A DNA stretch of 61,970 nucleotides, filler included, from Choristocarpus tenellus KU-1152 (lineage: Eukaryota; Protista; Phaeophyceae), in assembly GCA_964200185.2 (NCBI GenBank). It is 8 parts of 8 records of this genome, joined end to end, with 100 filler letters (N's around TTAATTAATTAA, not from the genome) between each part and the next. Parts side by side here need not be neighbours in the genome. Positions count along the whole stretch, not along the records: positions 1 to 10,556 come from CAXNAD020002857.1; positions 10,657 to 20,663 come from CAXNAD020003210.1; 6 more parts are not named here. One strand, given 5' to 3'. Positions within the stretch are counted from its first letter, which is position 1. The number at the start of each line of letters is the position of its first letter. Both the position numbers and the translations under genes were made by a program. Positions 1 to 10,892 of the stretch are shown one piece after another. The notes under the pieces are model-generated. The model was not told the DNA's origin. It saw nothing but the letters and a program-made list of their open reading frames with translations, and did no database searches.

Positions 1-1004
1 CTATCACATAATCCACCAGTGGTGTCTATAGTGTATCAGCAGCACTATCTACGAACATAAGATACTTTGGCTCCTGGTCTCGGTAGGCAAAGGGAGAAAC
101 GGGGTGGTTGCCCGAAGGGAAGATTGGGGAAGAGAGCAGTGTGACTGCGTACCATTGCGCTCAGAAAACGCCTGAGCAAAAACCCGGGTGTAGAATATCT
201 TAGTAGTCGACAGTTGGAGCAGGCCGTGGCTGTTTGGAAGCTGTGCAAGGTGGAGTGGCTTAAGGAAACAACAAAGGTGTTAGGGTTGGGCTACAAGGAC
301 TCTGAAGCCCGAAAGAAGGTTGAAGAGGCTCGCAAGGCGGAGGAGAAAGCGATTTTAACAAAGGCAGCTGTGGAGGCTTTTCGATACAACCAAATCCTTT
401 ACTTAGAAGAGGTCGCGAAGCAGGTGGAGGTAGCCATTGATGTGGACGCCAGGGAAGAAGAGGAGATGAGATCGAGACTATGTGCACACTGATGGTTTGG
501 TGTCTCCCACTTTTTGCCAGATGCCGTACTTTCCCTTTTGTTCCTAGACTTAGGGTTGGACGTATAAAGTTGATTTTAAGGTTTTCTACAAGCCTGCATT
601 CATTTGAGAAATCAACACAATTTTCGATCAACTCAAGCCCGTCCTCCCTCGCCCTTGCACTTTGATGATAAAATACCACCCACCCAGGAAACACAAACGA
701 CACCCATTTCTGGCGCTCAACTAGGAAATGTGATAGTAAGGGCTCTAACATGACGAATCCTGTACGTGTGTATAAACGACGGGAAAGACCGTAAAACAGT
801 GCTTGAGATGGCAGCAGGATATGCAATGATCAGGTTGGAAACTGTGAGTAAATGGGAGAGAGCTGAGTTGTTTGGGTTGGTTTACATCACTCATGGTCTT
901 AGACAGTTCACACACAAGACTCCTTCAATTGTCCAAGACAATTATGTCGACTGGTTTGCCACAACCTGTGCCTTCTTTGGCGTTAAAGATGATATCAATG
1001 AACA

Positions 1005-4000
1005 TTGGAGGGCAGGGTGGAGCCTCTTAGAGTGGGAGAGATTAACCTCATCAAGGGGGAGGATGTAAGTGAAGAAGGAGTCACCAAGGCCAAGAAAGCA
1101 TATGTCGTCCTGTTGAGGAGCACCAGTGGTTTCTACACATGCATTGTTTGCAATGCAGCATCTCCTGCCGAGGCATGGAAACAGCTAAGGGAACATTTTC
1201 TCGTCCATTGAGATGAGGAAATGTTTGATTGCAGAAAATGGTGTTGAATTTCAAAATGCCAAGGGGGCCTGACCCCCAAATCACTTTCGCCATGATGTTG
1301 GACTGGGTGGGTCGGATGGCTATGATGGGACATGTGATGTCGGAGCAATTTCTTCAAGTTGCAATGCTGGACTGTTTGGACCGTGACTACCAGATCACCA
1401 AGCACTACTTGCAACATTACAGTAATGGTGAGCGTTCGAGGGCTATGATACAAAATGCTGCTTGTTCGCACTACTTCTCCCTACAACAGGCAGCTAACCA
1501 CAGGGAGCTTGGGAGCACTCGAGCCACAAGAGCTGTGACCTCGTAGAAGAGATTACTGAACGTCTACCGTGGAGGTGGCCACAGTACAGTTAGTCACCAT
1601 ATAGACCCTGAAACGAGAGGATCTCGTGCCAGGGGCAAGACCAAGGCATGCGAAAAATGTTTCAAGTGTGGGTTGGTCAGACATGCCGATCCTTGCACGT
1701 TTGAAGGACTGTGGTACAGCTGTGGGAGTAGAGGGCACCTGCAGTACTTTTGTTTCAGGATAGGGTAACCCCGTCGAAACAGGCAAAAGAACCAGCTGGA
1801 CTCCTCCCCATCACCAGTCCCTTTGCTGGTTACTTCTTCAGCTTTACAAGCAGAGCGTGAGCATAGGAGGTTGAATGTTAAGTTGGGGACAAGGGCGACA
1901 GATTCTAGAGTTATCCTATCAGATGGGGAGGGTCTTCCACGTGTTGCTGAGTGGGACGAATCAATGTATACAACTGAAGTTGAAAGGCTGGAACCCCCCG
2001 ATGACTCACCCCCTGTCGCAAATGTCTCGGCTGCACTCACGCGCATTAAAGTTTTTTCTTGCATTTTGAACCATGCTGGTGAGCCCATCCTCCGTTGTAC
2101 AGCAAGTGAACAGAGAATCAAGCTGTCAGGAGATCTGACGTCAATGGAATGTGTGGGGTGTGATAAGGGAATTCGAATAAGAGATCCCACCTCCAAGTCT
2201 AGTATGGTTCATGGTAAAGTACCGTTCACCTGTATTTTCATTGACCTCACTGGACCTAAGAAAGTGCGATCTCTTGGAGGAGTGTGGTATGCCCTGGTGA
2301 TTGTTGACAATGCAACACGTTTCATCTGGATATACGTGCTCAAGCAAAAGAAAGATGCAGCGAAGGCCCTTGGGTAATGGCACATGATTGAGGTCATCCC
2401 CAGTGGGCGACACGTATGTTACATCCAACCTAATCCTGGAGGTGAATGGCAAAGTGAGGAATTCAGACTTTAGTAGTGGAGATGGGCGCAGTGTAGGCAA
2501 CAACAAGAACAGGAGAACCCCAGCACAATGGCGTGGTCAAATGTCATATTGCTCAGGTTGACGGTGGCGCAAGGGCCACCATTTACTCAGTGGGGTTGGG
2601 TGAGAAAATGTGGTTGTGGGAAGAGGCATTCGCTCTCAACAGAAGCACCACTGCTGCAAATACGGGAATCTCACCTTGTCGTGCACTGTATGGAGAAGTG
2701 CGGTATTTAATGGCCGTATCAGCTTTTGGCACTCCTGGATACTACAAGTCCAACCCAATGCAGAAGCTTAGAAGTCATGGGTGACAGTGTATCATGCTTG
2801 GGATGTCAATGGATCAACCCGTGGTACACTTCGCGTCCTAGACCTCACAACAAATCACGTAGTCCAGCGAGCAGGCATTCATTGGCACCCCACAAGGGAT
2901 GGCAGGGTACGTTTTCCGACCTCAAATTTGAGCATGAAAGCGATGACGTAGATGATACTCCAGGATACATCCTTCCCCTGCATGCGTGCTGGAGGACTAC
3001 AAAAATTCAGGAGATGGGGAGTGATGATAGAATCTTCTGGATTGAAGGAGGATTAGGTGACGAAAATGAATCTGTAGATGCATGGGGCGAAGGTACTGAA
3101 ATAGGAGGAAATGAATTGGCCCCTGTGGATGATGGTAATAATGATGACAACGATGTCAACTGGATCGGATGGGACAATATCAATTGTTAAGGGAAAAGTG
3201 ATAAAAAAACCCAACAAAAGTCGAAGTGACAGAGAGCTTCGACATCTTAGTTCTGGAAATGGTCAGGACAACACCCTTCCTCACTGTACCAGATCTAGTA
3301 ACTGTCAAGATACTTCTGGAAAAGATGCTGTTTTTGTGATGCCTTCAATTTTTTTTATGTGTTTGTTTCCATTGAGACTATATCCTTGTGGTGTGCAAGT
3401 GGATGAGCTCCTTCCAGAACCCAAGGCTGTAACAGCAGGAAATAGATCTCCCGAATGTAATCCATGGGATCGAGCTAGAGCAGAAGAGATGTCTGGTCTG
3501 TTGTTGAACAATGTTTGGTTGGAGGCCATATTACCCGCTGGGCACATGGCAATAGACACTAAGTGGGTTCACAAGCGTGCGACCAACAAATTTGGTGAGG
3601 TAGTCGGATACAAGGCACGTTTGGTAGCAAAAGGTTTTCGACAGATTGGGGATTTAGATTACCAAGATACCTTGCTCCAACACCGTTGCCCGCATCTTTG
3701 AGAATGTTTTTGGACTAGCTGCAGACAAGGATAAGGAATCGAAGCATTGGGATGTTAAGTAGACTTTTATACAAGCAAATATTAGTCAAGAAATTTATGT
3801 TCGTTTAAGTAATGGATGTGATTTGTGGTCAGGAAAGATTGTTCGTTAAGTGGAAGCTCTTTATGGCATCAAACAGGCTAGCAGGGAGAGTTTAATAATT
3901 TGTTGGTGCACGTTTTTGGAACAATGTGGCTTTGAGCAATGCACAGAGCAGGTTCCTGTGTGCTACTCTAGACAGTGATTTCACACTTTTGTGGATGAAT
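1005..4000 (+). mobile_element. Decayed Ty1/copia LTR retrotransposon internal region (gag, zinc knuckle, integrase, truncated RT)
   Basis: Gag-like AASPAEAWKQLREHF; CFKCG knuckle ~1657; pre-integrase H..C..C; rve motif IFIDLTGPKKVRSLGGVWYALVIVDNATRFIWIYVLKQK; RVT_2 motif AIDTKWVHKR..YKARLVAKGFRQ. INT-before-RT order indicates copia. Many stops and frameshifts; no recognisable protease or RNase H. Confidence 0.9.
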
Positions 4001-6725
4001 ACTTATTTCCTCTTTTCTAGAGCTAAAGCCTCCAAAGGAGGGTTGTTGCATTCAAGGTATGGAAAAAGGGGTATCAGGCAGATGATTTCAAAATCTGTAA
4101 GGAGTCCGGAGATGTTCTCAATGGGTGAATGTGGTTTATTGAGTGTTTGCTGGATGTTTGATATTACAGAGCAAGCAGTGCAAGCCTAGTGCTAGAAAGT
4201 GGACGTTAGACAGAGTAGACAGACTCAGGTGTTGCATAGACAATGAGTGACAAAGAGCAAGTGGCTGCCAATACCATCCTGGTAAGAAACATTAGAGAGC
4301 TAATCACTTCTAGAAATATCCTGAATAGCAGACATTGTGGGCAGTGTGTGACCAAAATTTGTGGGGTATGAGTACTATGCAAAAAAAGTGCTTGTGTTGA
4401 GTTTAACGTTGTCCTGAGTGTGCAAGATACACAAGACAGACGCATATTGCTTCTATTGTATGTGACATTTTATTGCAATGCTTTGTTGCATAAAGCAGAA
4501 TCTGTACGTGGTATAATATCGTAAGTAGCATACCTACAATTAATGCTCCCTATTGAATGAAATTATCGGGCTTGTGTCTCTCTCTTTTTTAACAGATACA
4601 AACACTGCAAAGAAGCCACATACCCTAACATGCTATGTTGATGTGGGAGGACAGTTATCATTATTGGTGGTTTTATCGTACGCAAGGTGTAGATTGGACT
4701 TGCCAAATCCGTGACCAGAGGCTTCCTAGTTGTTCAATCCATGAATATGTTCTGTAAGTTGTCACAGCAATTGGGTACTATGTTACACAATGACGAAAAA
4801 AGTAGGAGAAAAGGGAAAAATAGAGGAGGAAAGAGTGCACAAACTGGTACAATACGGCAGAGCACAGGGACAGGAACCATTCTCTGGTGCGCGCAGAGCG
4901 ATCGCATACTAATGCGGAAGCATCAATTCAAATCTGTTTGCCAGGAGACCGATAATTTGAAACAAACTATTCTAAAACCATAAATCCAACAACCTGTCCA
5001 GCAGTCCAATGTTTGGATCCAATTTAGTATACACCGTCCCTCCATACAAGAGTCAAACCAATCGAGAGGATGGCAGGGTTGCATTTTGAGGATCCCGAGA
5101 AAGGGCAAAAATATGTCATTTTCAAAAGTTGCAGAATGAGCCTTTCCTGAATTGTGGTGTCACTTTGTGTGTGTAAAGGAGGAAAATCAATTTTTGTATA
5201 TTATTGTGCACATAGAACAATGAAATAGTTTATTGTACAGGGTAAGAAATATGACTTAGAATACAAAGGGGTCCAAACCTGCCTACCGCTCAACTGGTTT
5301 GGTTCACAACAATAGACAAAGGGAGTGTCCTCATCCCAAAATGCTCATGATCATCAAAGTGCATCTGCTTCACCCACCACTTGGGCATTCAGCAATCAAT
5401 ATCCAGTTCCAATGACCTGCTTGCCACATGGTAGCGCATATGATATTATATTCCATTCATCCCTGTACTAGTAGTACCATAAATAAAGACTAGTATTATT
5501 TTGAACTATATAAACCTGCACTATGATGTTTGCTGTGGGGAAAGCCTCAAATTAGTCACTAGGTTGTTGCCATCACCCAAGGCCACATCCACATATCAAA
5601 AGAAAATGTATATTTTCTGACAACTGCATGTATATCCAACAAGTAGGGATCAGAGGCAATAATGAAGAGGAACGACAATAACAACGTAAAATGGCTCTGC
5701 AGTATACAACACCCCAAAAATAATTCACAGCAAGGTGCACATACACACACACAAATAGTTAGATATCCATTATACTACATGATCTAGGTACAGCAGGTGT
5801 AAGAATTCCCTATTCCATTGAGGCAGTGTTCTTCTGTTGCTGTCTCTCAACTAGGGAGCAAATGAAGGCCCTAAGAACTAATAGTGTCACTCAGTGGTGT
5901 GTTGCTGCCATTCTAAGGTTATGGCGTTGGGGAGGTTTTAACTTTGGTTCAGGTGGGGGCATGGCACATACTTTCATGACTGATATCATCTTGATGCCAC
6001 CAATGACCAATGTTTTTCTTGGTTGAGGGTGAAATGACAATATAAAAGGGAATGAGGGAAGAACAAGCTCCCATGAAGTAGGGGTATTGCAGCTCCTGGG
6101 GGAAATAGGCTCAGCAAAATCAAACGTGAACCAAAAGATAGGGCATTCATCTGGTACGATCTTGTTCAAAACATCTTCAGTATAGTGTCCTAGACAAGCT
6201 TGAGAGCGAAATAAATCTATTTCGGCCAATACAAAAACAACTATGCAAGATTCTTGAGAGAGCAAAAGTCTAAGTCCTATCTTCCTCCACACTAGGTTCA
6301 AAATAAATGAGGGAAAATTTCCTCTCCTGCACAACCATCCTAGTGGGCCATGTTTACAACTCTCCCTCCTGAGCATGGAGGCTCTAAATATACTCTTATC
6401 CCAGTACCAATTTCAGTCCTTCCTGTATACAACTTCACTACAAAATGTTAAACACCACTCACAAACGTATAAAGTAGCACAGCCTCCTCACCTCTCAGTC
6501 TGGACACAGTGTGCGCCCATAATGCCACGTTTCACTTCACCAAAACAATGTTCTGCATTCCCATCCATTCCAGATTCAGAAGTAGATCAGCGAACACATA
6601 CCAACCAGTCCCAATAGGAATTACTCAAATCCTGACATGTTATCCAGAATTGCCCACAGCAGTACCTTGACTCTCAAACCATATACAACCGAAGCTAAAC
6701 TAGAGGGAAATCATGTGTGCTGCCC

Positions 6726-8189
6726 TCAAGACTTCCTCAAACATACCATGCCATCTACCTTGTGGCTTGAGCAGAACTTTGCCCTACTGTCCTTATTACC
6801 AAAGGTGGGCTGTCGACCACATCCTGGTTGCTGGCAGCGGTCATGCTTAACATCCACCATACCATTCAGCTTATGTCCAGAGCAGTATCTTGCCTTCCGG
6901 TCCTCCTCGTAACCAAAGGCAGGCTGGCGAACACATCCTGGTTGGTGACAGCGGGCATTCTTGACATCCACCATTCCATCCAGCTTATGTCCAGAGCAAT
7001 ATCTCGCCTTCCTGTCCTCCTCATGACCAAACGTGGGCTGGCGGCCACATGCTGGTTGCTGGCAGCGATAACTAACTACGTCTATCATGATGTCAAGCTT
7101 ATGTCCAGAGCAGAATTGTGCCTTCCCTCCCTCATAGCCAAAGCTAGGCCAACGGGCACATTCAGGATGCTCGCACATGGATTTCCTGACATTTACCATA
7201 CCATCTAGCTTATGTCTTGAACAATACCTCGCCTTCCTGCTATCTACATAACCGAAAACGGGCTGGCGGGCACATCCTGACTCCTGGCAATACACACTCC
7301 TCAAATTCCTCATACCACTCAGCTTATGCAAAGAGCAGTACCTCAGCTTCCTGTCATCCTCATGACCAAAACTAGGCGAACGAACACACCCATGATGCTC
7401 GCATCGAGATTTCTTCACATTTTCCATACCATCCAGCTTATGTCTAAAACAGTACTGTGCCTTCCCATCCCTATAGCCGAAGTTGGGCCACTTGACACAT
7501 CCAGCAGGGTGTCGGCACCTGGCATTTTTCACATCCACCATGCCATCGAGCTTATGCCCTGAGCAGTACCTCACTTTCTTGTCCTTCTCAAGACCGAAGA
7601 CAGCGTAGCGGGCACATCCATGGTGCTGGCAGCGGGTATTCTTAACATCCACCATTCCGTCCAGCTTGTGTCCTGCGCAGTACCTAGCCTTCTTGTCCTC
7701 GTCAAAACCAAAGGCGGGTTGGCGGACACATCCTGTTTGCTGGCAGCGGGCATGCATAACATCCATCATACCATCCAACTTATGCCCAGAGCAGTACAAC
7801 GCCTTCTTCGACTTCTTCTGGTCCCCTCCATGACCGAAGCTAGGCCAGAGAATACATCCAGGGTGCTGGCACTGAACCTGCTTCTTCACTGCAGAAGGGG
7901 TAGCGACTGAAGATATCTCCTCGCGCAGTTGTGAGGAATGTGATGCTTGATCTGCTGTTCCCAGACCTCTCCGCTTTGCGTTTGGACCTGCTGCCGTTTC
8001 ATGATCCCTCTTGCCATACCCACCACCAGTTTTGGAGTTCACCATTCGCGGTTTCATTGTAGGGGGATGTCCTCCCAATACGCAAGATTGATCCTCGTCA
8101 GATATTAAAATGGGGTAGACCTCTTCTTGCTCGTTTGACAAGTCGGTTCCCAAGGCCGGGTTTGTATTTACAACAGGTGGTTGGTTCAT
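6726..8189 (-). CDS. EsV-1-7 cysteine-rich repeat protein (10 tandem ~38-aa C-x4-C...C-x2-H repeats, N-terminal bipartite NLS)
   Basis: Uninterrupted 487-aa ORF. Repeats CxxxGCxRxPxFG...ARYCSGHKLDGMVDVK match the EsV-1-7 family as I recall it. KR-x10-KRR at aa 60-74. Start codon uncertain because a GTAAGT lies at 8206-8201. Confidence 0.9.
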   Translation of the reverse strand: MNQPPVVNTNPALGTDLSNEQEEVYPILISDEDQSCVLGGHPPTMKPRMVNSKTGGGYGKRDHETAAGPNAKRRGLGTADQASHSSQLREEISSVATPSAVKKQVQCQHPGCILWPSFGHGGDQKKSKKALYCSGHKLDGMMDVMHARCQQTGCVRQPAFGFDEDKKARYCAGHKLDGMVDVKNTRCQHHGCARYAVFGLEKDKKVRYCSGHKLDGMVDVKNARCRHPAGCVKWPNFGYRDGKAQYCFRHKLDGMENVKKSRCEHHGCVRSPSFGHEDDRKLRYCSLHKLSGMRNLRSVYCQESGCARQPVFGYVDSRKARYCSRHKLDGMVNVRKSMCEHPECARWPSFGYEGGKAQFCSGHKLDIMIDVVSYRCQQPACGRQPTFGHEEDRKARYCSGHKLDGMVDVKNARCHQPGCVRQPAFGYEEDRKARYCSGHKLNGMVDVKHDRCQQPGCGRQPTFGNKDSRAKFCSSHKVDGMVCLRKS

Positions 8190-8639
8190 TGTGTCCCCCG
8201 ACTTACTCTTGTGACTTCACACTCAGGACCATTTAATGACAATTGTAGCTATTGAGGTTTGAGGAACTACGAGAAATGTTAAGTTTGATAAAAAAAAAGT
8301 CCAGTTTGATAAGAAGTCCCTTCTATTATTGTTGATACCTCAAGTTTATCATCCTGCAAATATCGTATCGATATCTGTTCGAGTAAATTATCGTTTTGCT
8401 CCCAATCGAAGAACTACGCATCAAAGTTATATTTAACTGACAAATGTGGTCATCACCTCACATCTGTTGAGGTCTGAACTAACCAGCATGGTTACTAGAA
8501 AATCCTCACAGCAGAAGAGGATGTTCCACCCAAAGATACAGCTGATGTACCTGCTGCTGGCAGTACTCCTTAGTTCGAAGTTGGCTGATCCTCACCCTCT
8601 TAGGCTGATCCCCTCAATCATCGACCCACACCCATGGCC

Positions 8640-9780
8640 CTTGCTTCTGCACAAACGATGATGGAAGTGACTGAAACACTCCGGGCAACATGAAATGGGA
8701 AGACTATGGGTCCCCACAATCTTCCAGTTGAGCTCCTAAAGCTTGAGCTAACAGGAAGAGCTTTCAACAACGCTGGTGTTGACTCTATGGAACCAGGAAG
8801 CTGTGCCACAGGTCTGGGAAGATGCTGTCATCACCATGCTCTACAAGAAGGACCACACCAATGGTGGGATCTACAGGGGCATTTCGTTCTTGGCACATGC
8901 TGGCAAAGTCGTTCTCAAAGTTGTTGCACAGTGGGTGGGGGATTATGTGGGATGGGAGAGCATGATGCATGAGGAATAGTGTGGCTTCAGGCCCCGACAC
9001 TCCACAGTGGACATGATGTACATTGTACATGCCCTCCAGGAGCTTGGCCGGGAAGGGTTTGTACCCCTATTCATGTGCTTTATCAATCTACAGAAAGCAT
9101 TGTACTTGGTTAATTTTGTCTCCAGTGTGCTGTCCTGGGCAAAATTCGCACACCCCCTGAATATAATTTCTATCATCCGCCATTTCACAATGGTTTGAGG
9201 GCATGTGCTGGCATGGATGATGAAGAGATCGCAGGCTCAAATTATCTGGGGGGCGGGGTGACGACTGTCCATTTGGGGCTAATTTTTCCATTGCGATTTT
9301 AGGGTGATTTGGTTGCATGCGTCGGATGGATAGTCCAAGTGCACTTCTCCTGGTCAGGGCCTTGAATGGGCACCCTAGTGTAGAGCCCCCCCCCCCCCAG
9401 ATACTTTGGTTCATAGACTGGATCGAGGTTGTGCAGGGTCCGTAGCAGGAGTGTGTTCTTTCCCCAATCCTCCTTGACATCTTCTCTACTGCAATGCTAA
9501 ATGCGGCAGTTAAGGAGTTCACCTCTGGCATGTCCATCTCCAATGACCTTGTCATCATCAAGAGAAGAGTCACAAACAACCAAGTCAGAGGAGGAGGAGC
9601 ATCATGGAATGGAAAACACTTGAACGGCTTTTATGGGATATATGTTTTTTTCTGATGATGCAGGCATTGTCTCTAAGACCCCAGGAGACTTGGTCAGGAT
9701 GATGACAGTGCTTGTGAAGGAAGTCAGATAATTTGGTCGAGCTTTATCGGCACAATAAAGATGGAGGCTATATGTCTTCG
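8640..9780 (+). mobile_element. Decayed non-LTR (LINE, RTE-like) reverse transcriptase fragment, interrupted by a MITE
   Basis: VPQVWEDAVITMLYKK..YRGISFLAHAGKVVLKV; CGFRP..STVDMMY; FMCFINLQKA; QG..QECVLSPILL; F-SDD (YADD-like) near 9650. Frameshifted. Confidence 0.85.
9234..9412 (+). mobile_element. MITE family A (~180 bp) inserted in the LINE RT
   Basis: TIRs GGCTCAAATTATCTGGGGG ... CCCCCAGATACTTTGGTTC; homologous to 49697-49874 and 55891-56074. Confidence 0.85.
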
Positions 9781-9819
9781 CCCTCCTAAGAACAGCCGAT
9801 TTCAAAAATTGAGGATGGA

Positions 9820-10036
9820 GCTTTTCATTGAGGATTGGCTTGACCCAAAATTGACTGGGATAAAGTGTTGATATGTTTTTTTTTTATTACAATTTATGTA
9901 CTAAAAATCAGGGGTGTCTGGAACAAGCATGTTGACATTTCCTAACAAACATGATAGCCAATTTTTCCTCAAAATTGAAACATTGGATTATGGCCCCCAA
10001 TTGGACATGACTCTACCCTCTAAGATACTTTGTCTC
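9820..10036 (-). mobile_element. MITE family B, degenerate copy
   Basis: Ends in CTCTACCCTCTAAGATACTTTGTCTC; internal similarity to 38571-38830. Left boundary approximate. Confidence 0.7.
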
Positions 10037-10556
10037 AAATGGTCTGAGTGATACAGACCTGTGTGAAGAATAATAATCACTGGTCCGAAGGTGACAGCGA
10101 GGTGAATGGGTGCGGCCTCTGCATTCTTCTATGGTCCTCTGTCCGTTTCGATGAGAGCGCCTGTCCCAGGATCTTGACCTGGAGTGAGATCTGCCACTAG
10201 TGGAAGACCGAAAACGAACATGCTCTCTGTGCCTGCCTCAACGTTCAGCAGCGTGGACATGGTTGTAACCAGAATTCCCTTGAGTTGTGGTACTGGGCTG
10301 GAATCTCTCGGAATCATTGATTCCTTGCAGAATCTGTGGGCTGGAGGCGACCTCAACTTCTCGCGAATACTGTGAGCCAGACATGTCTGCGAACCTGGGA
10401 GATAAAGGGCAACGTGACAACCAAAAGAGAACAGGGATGTGTGAGTAGATGAATGCAGAACAATTAACTACCTAGGCAACGTCTCGACCATGGCGGTCAA
10501 AGACTGTTAAGAATATGCTTTTTATTCATGTGTAAAAGAAGATTCTGTAGAAGAAA

Positions 10557-10656
10557 NNNNNNNNNNNNNNNNNNNNNNNNNNNNNNNNNNNNNNNNNNNN
10601 TTAATTAATTAANNNNNNNNNNNNNNNNNNNNNNNNNNNNNNNNNNNNNNNNNNNN
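10557..10656. other. Artificial contig linker (N44-TTAATTAATTAA-N44); identical linkers at 20664, 29403, 32165, 43417, 46950, 57303
   Basis: Seven identical 100-nt N blocks with a central all-frame-stop 12-mer. Confidence 0.97.
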
Positions 10657-10892
10657 CCCCCCCCCCAAAGCTCAGCATCAAACTTATCCAACCAACATGG
10701 GTCACCGCTTCGTAGGACACAGATTGCCTCTAAGGTCCAATACTCACCAAATTAGACGTTTCCCACCCTTGCTTGATTTAGGAGCTCGTGCAACGACCCC
10801 TATACTGTCCTCACATCAGACATAGCATTGGATACTCTAGTCCACAACCTAGAATGATCACACCATAGACCTTAATTCCAGTTCGTGCTTAC

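Noticed and set aside
711-721. PBS-like TGGCGCTCAAC upstream of the first copia
   Set aside because: No matching LTR pair in the window to support it.
6726-7871. Regular ~114-bp nucleotide repeats resembling a CRISPR array
   Set aside because: They are in-frame coding repeats with related, not unique, intervening sequence; eukaryotic context and no cas genes.
6637-7910. Several plus-strand and alternate-frame ORFs with repeated IHHTIQLMSRA
   Set aside because: Antisense shadows of the EsV-1-7 repeats.
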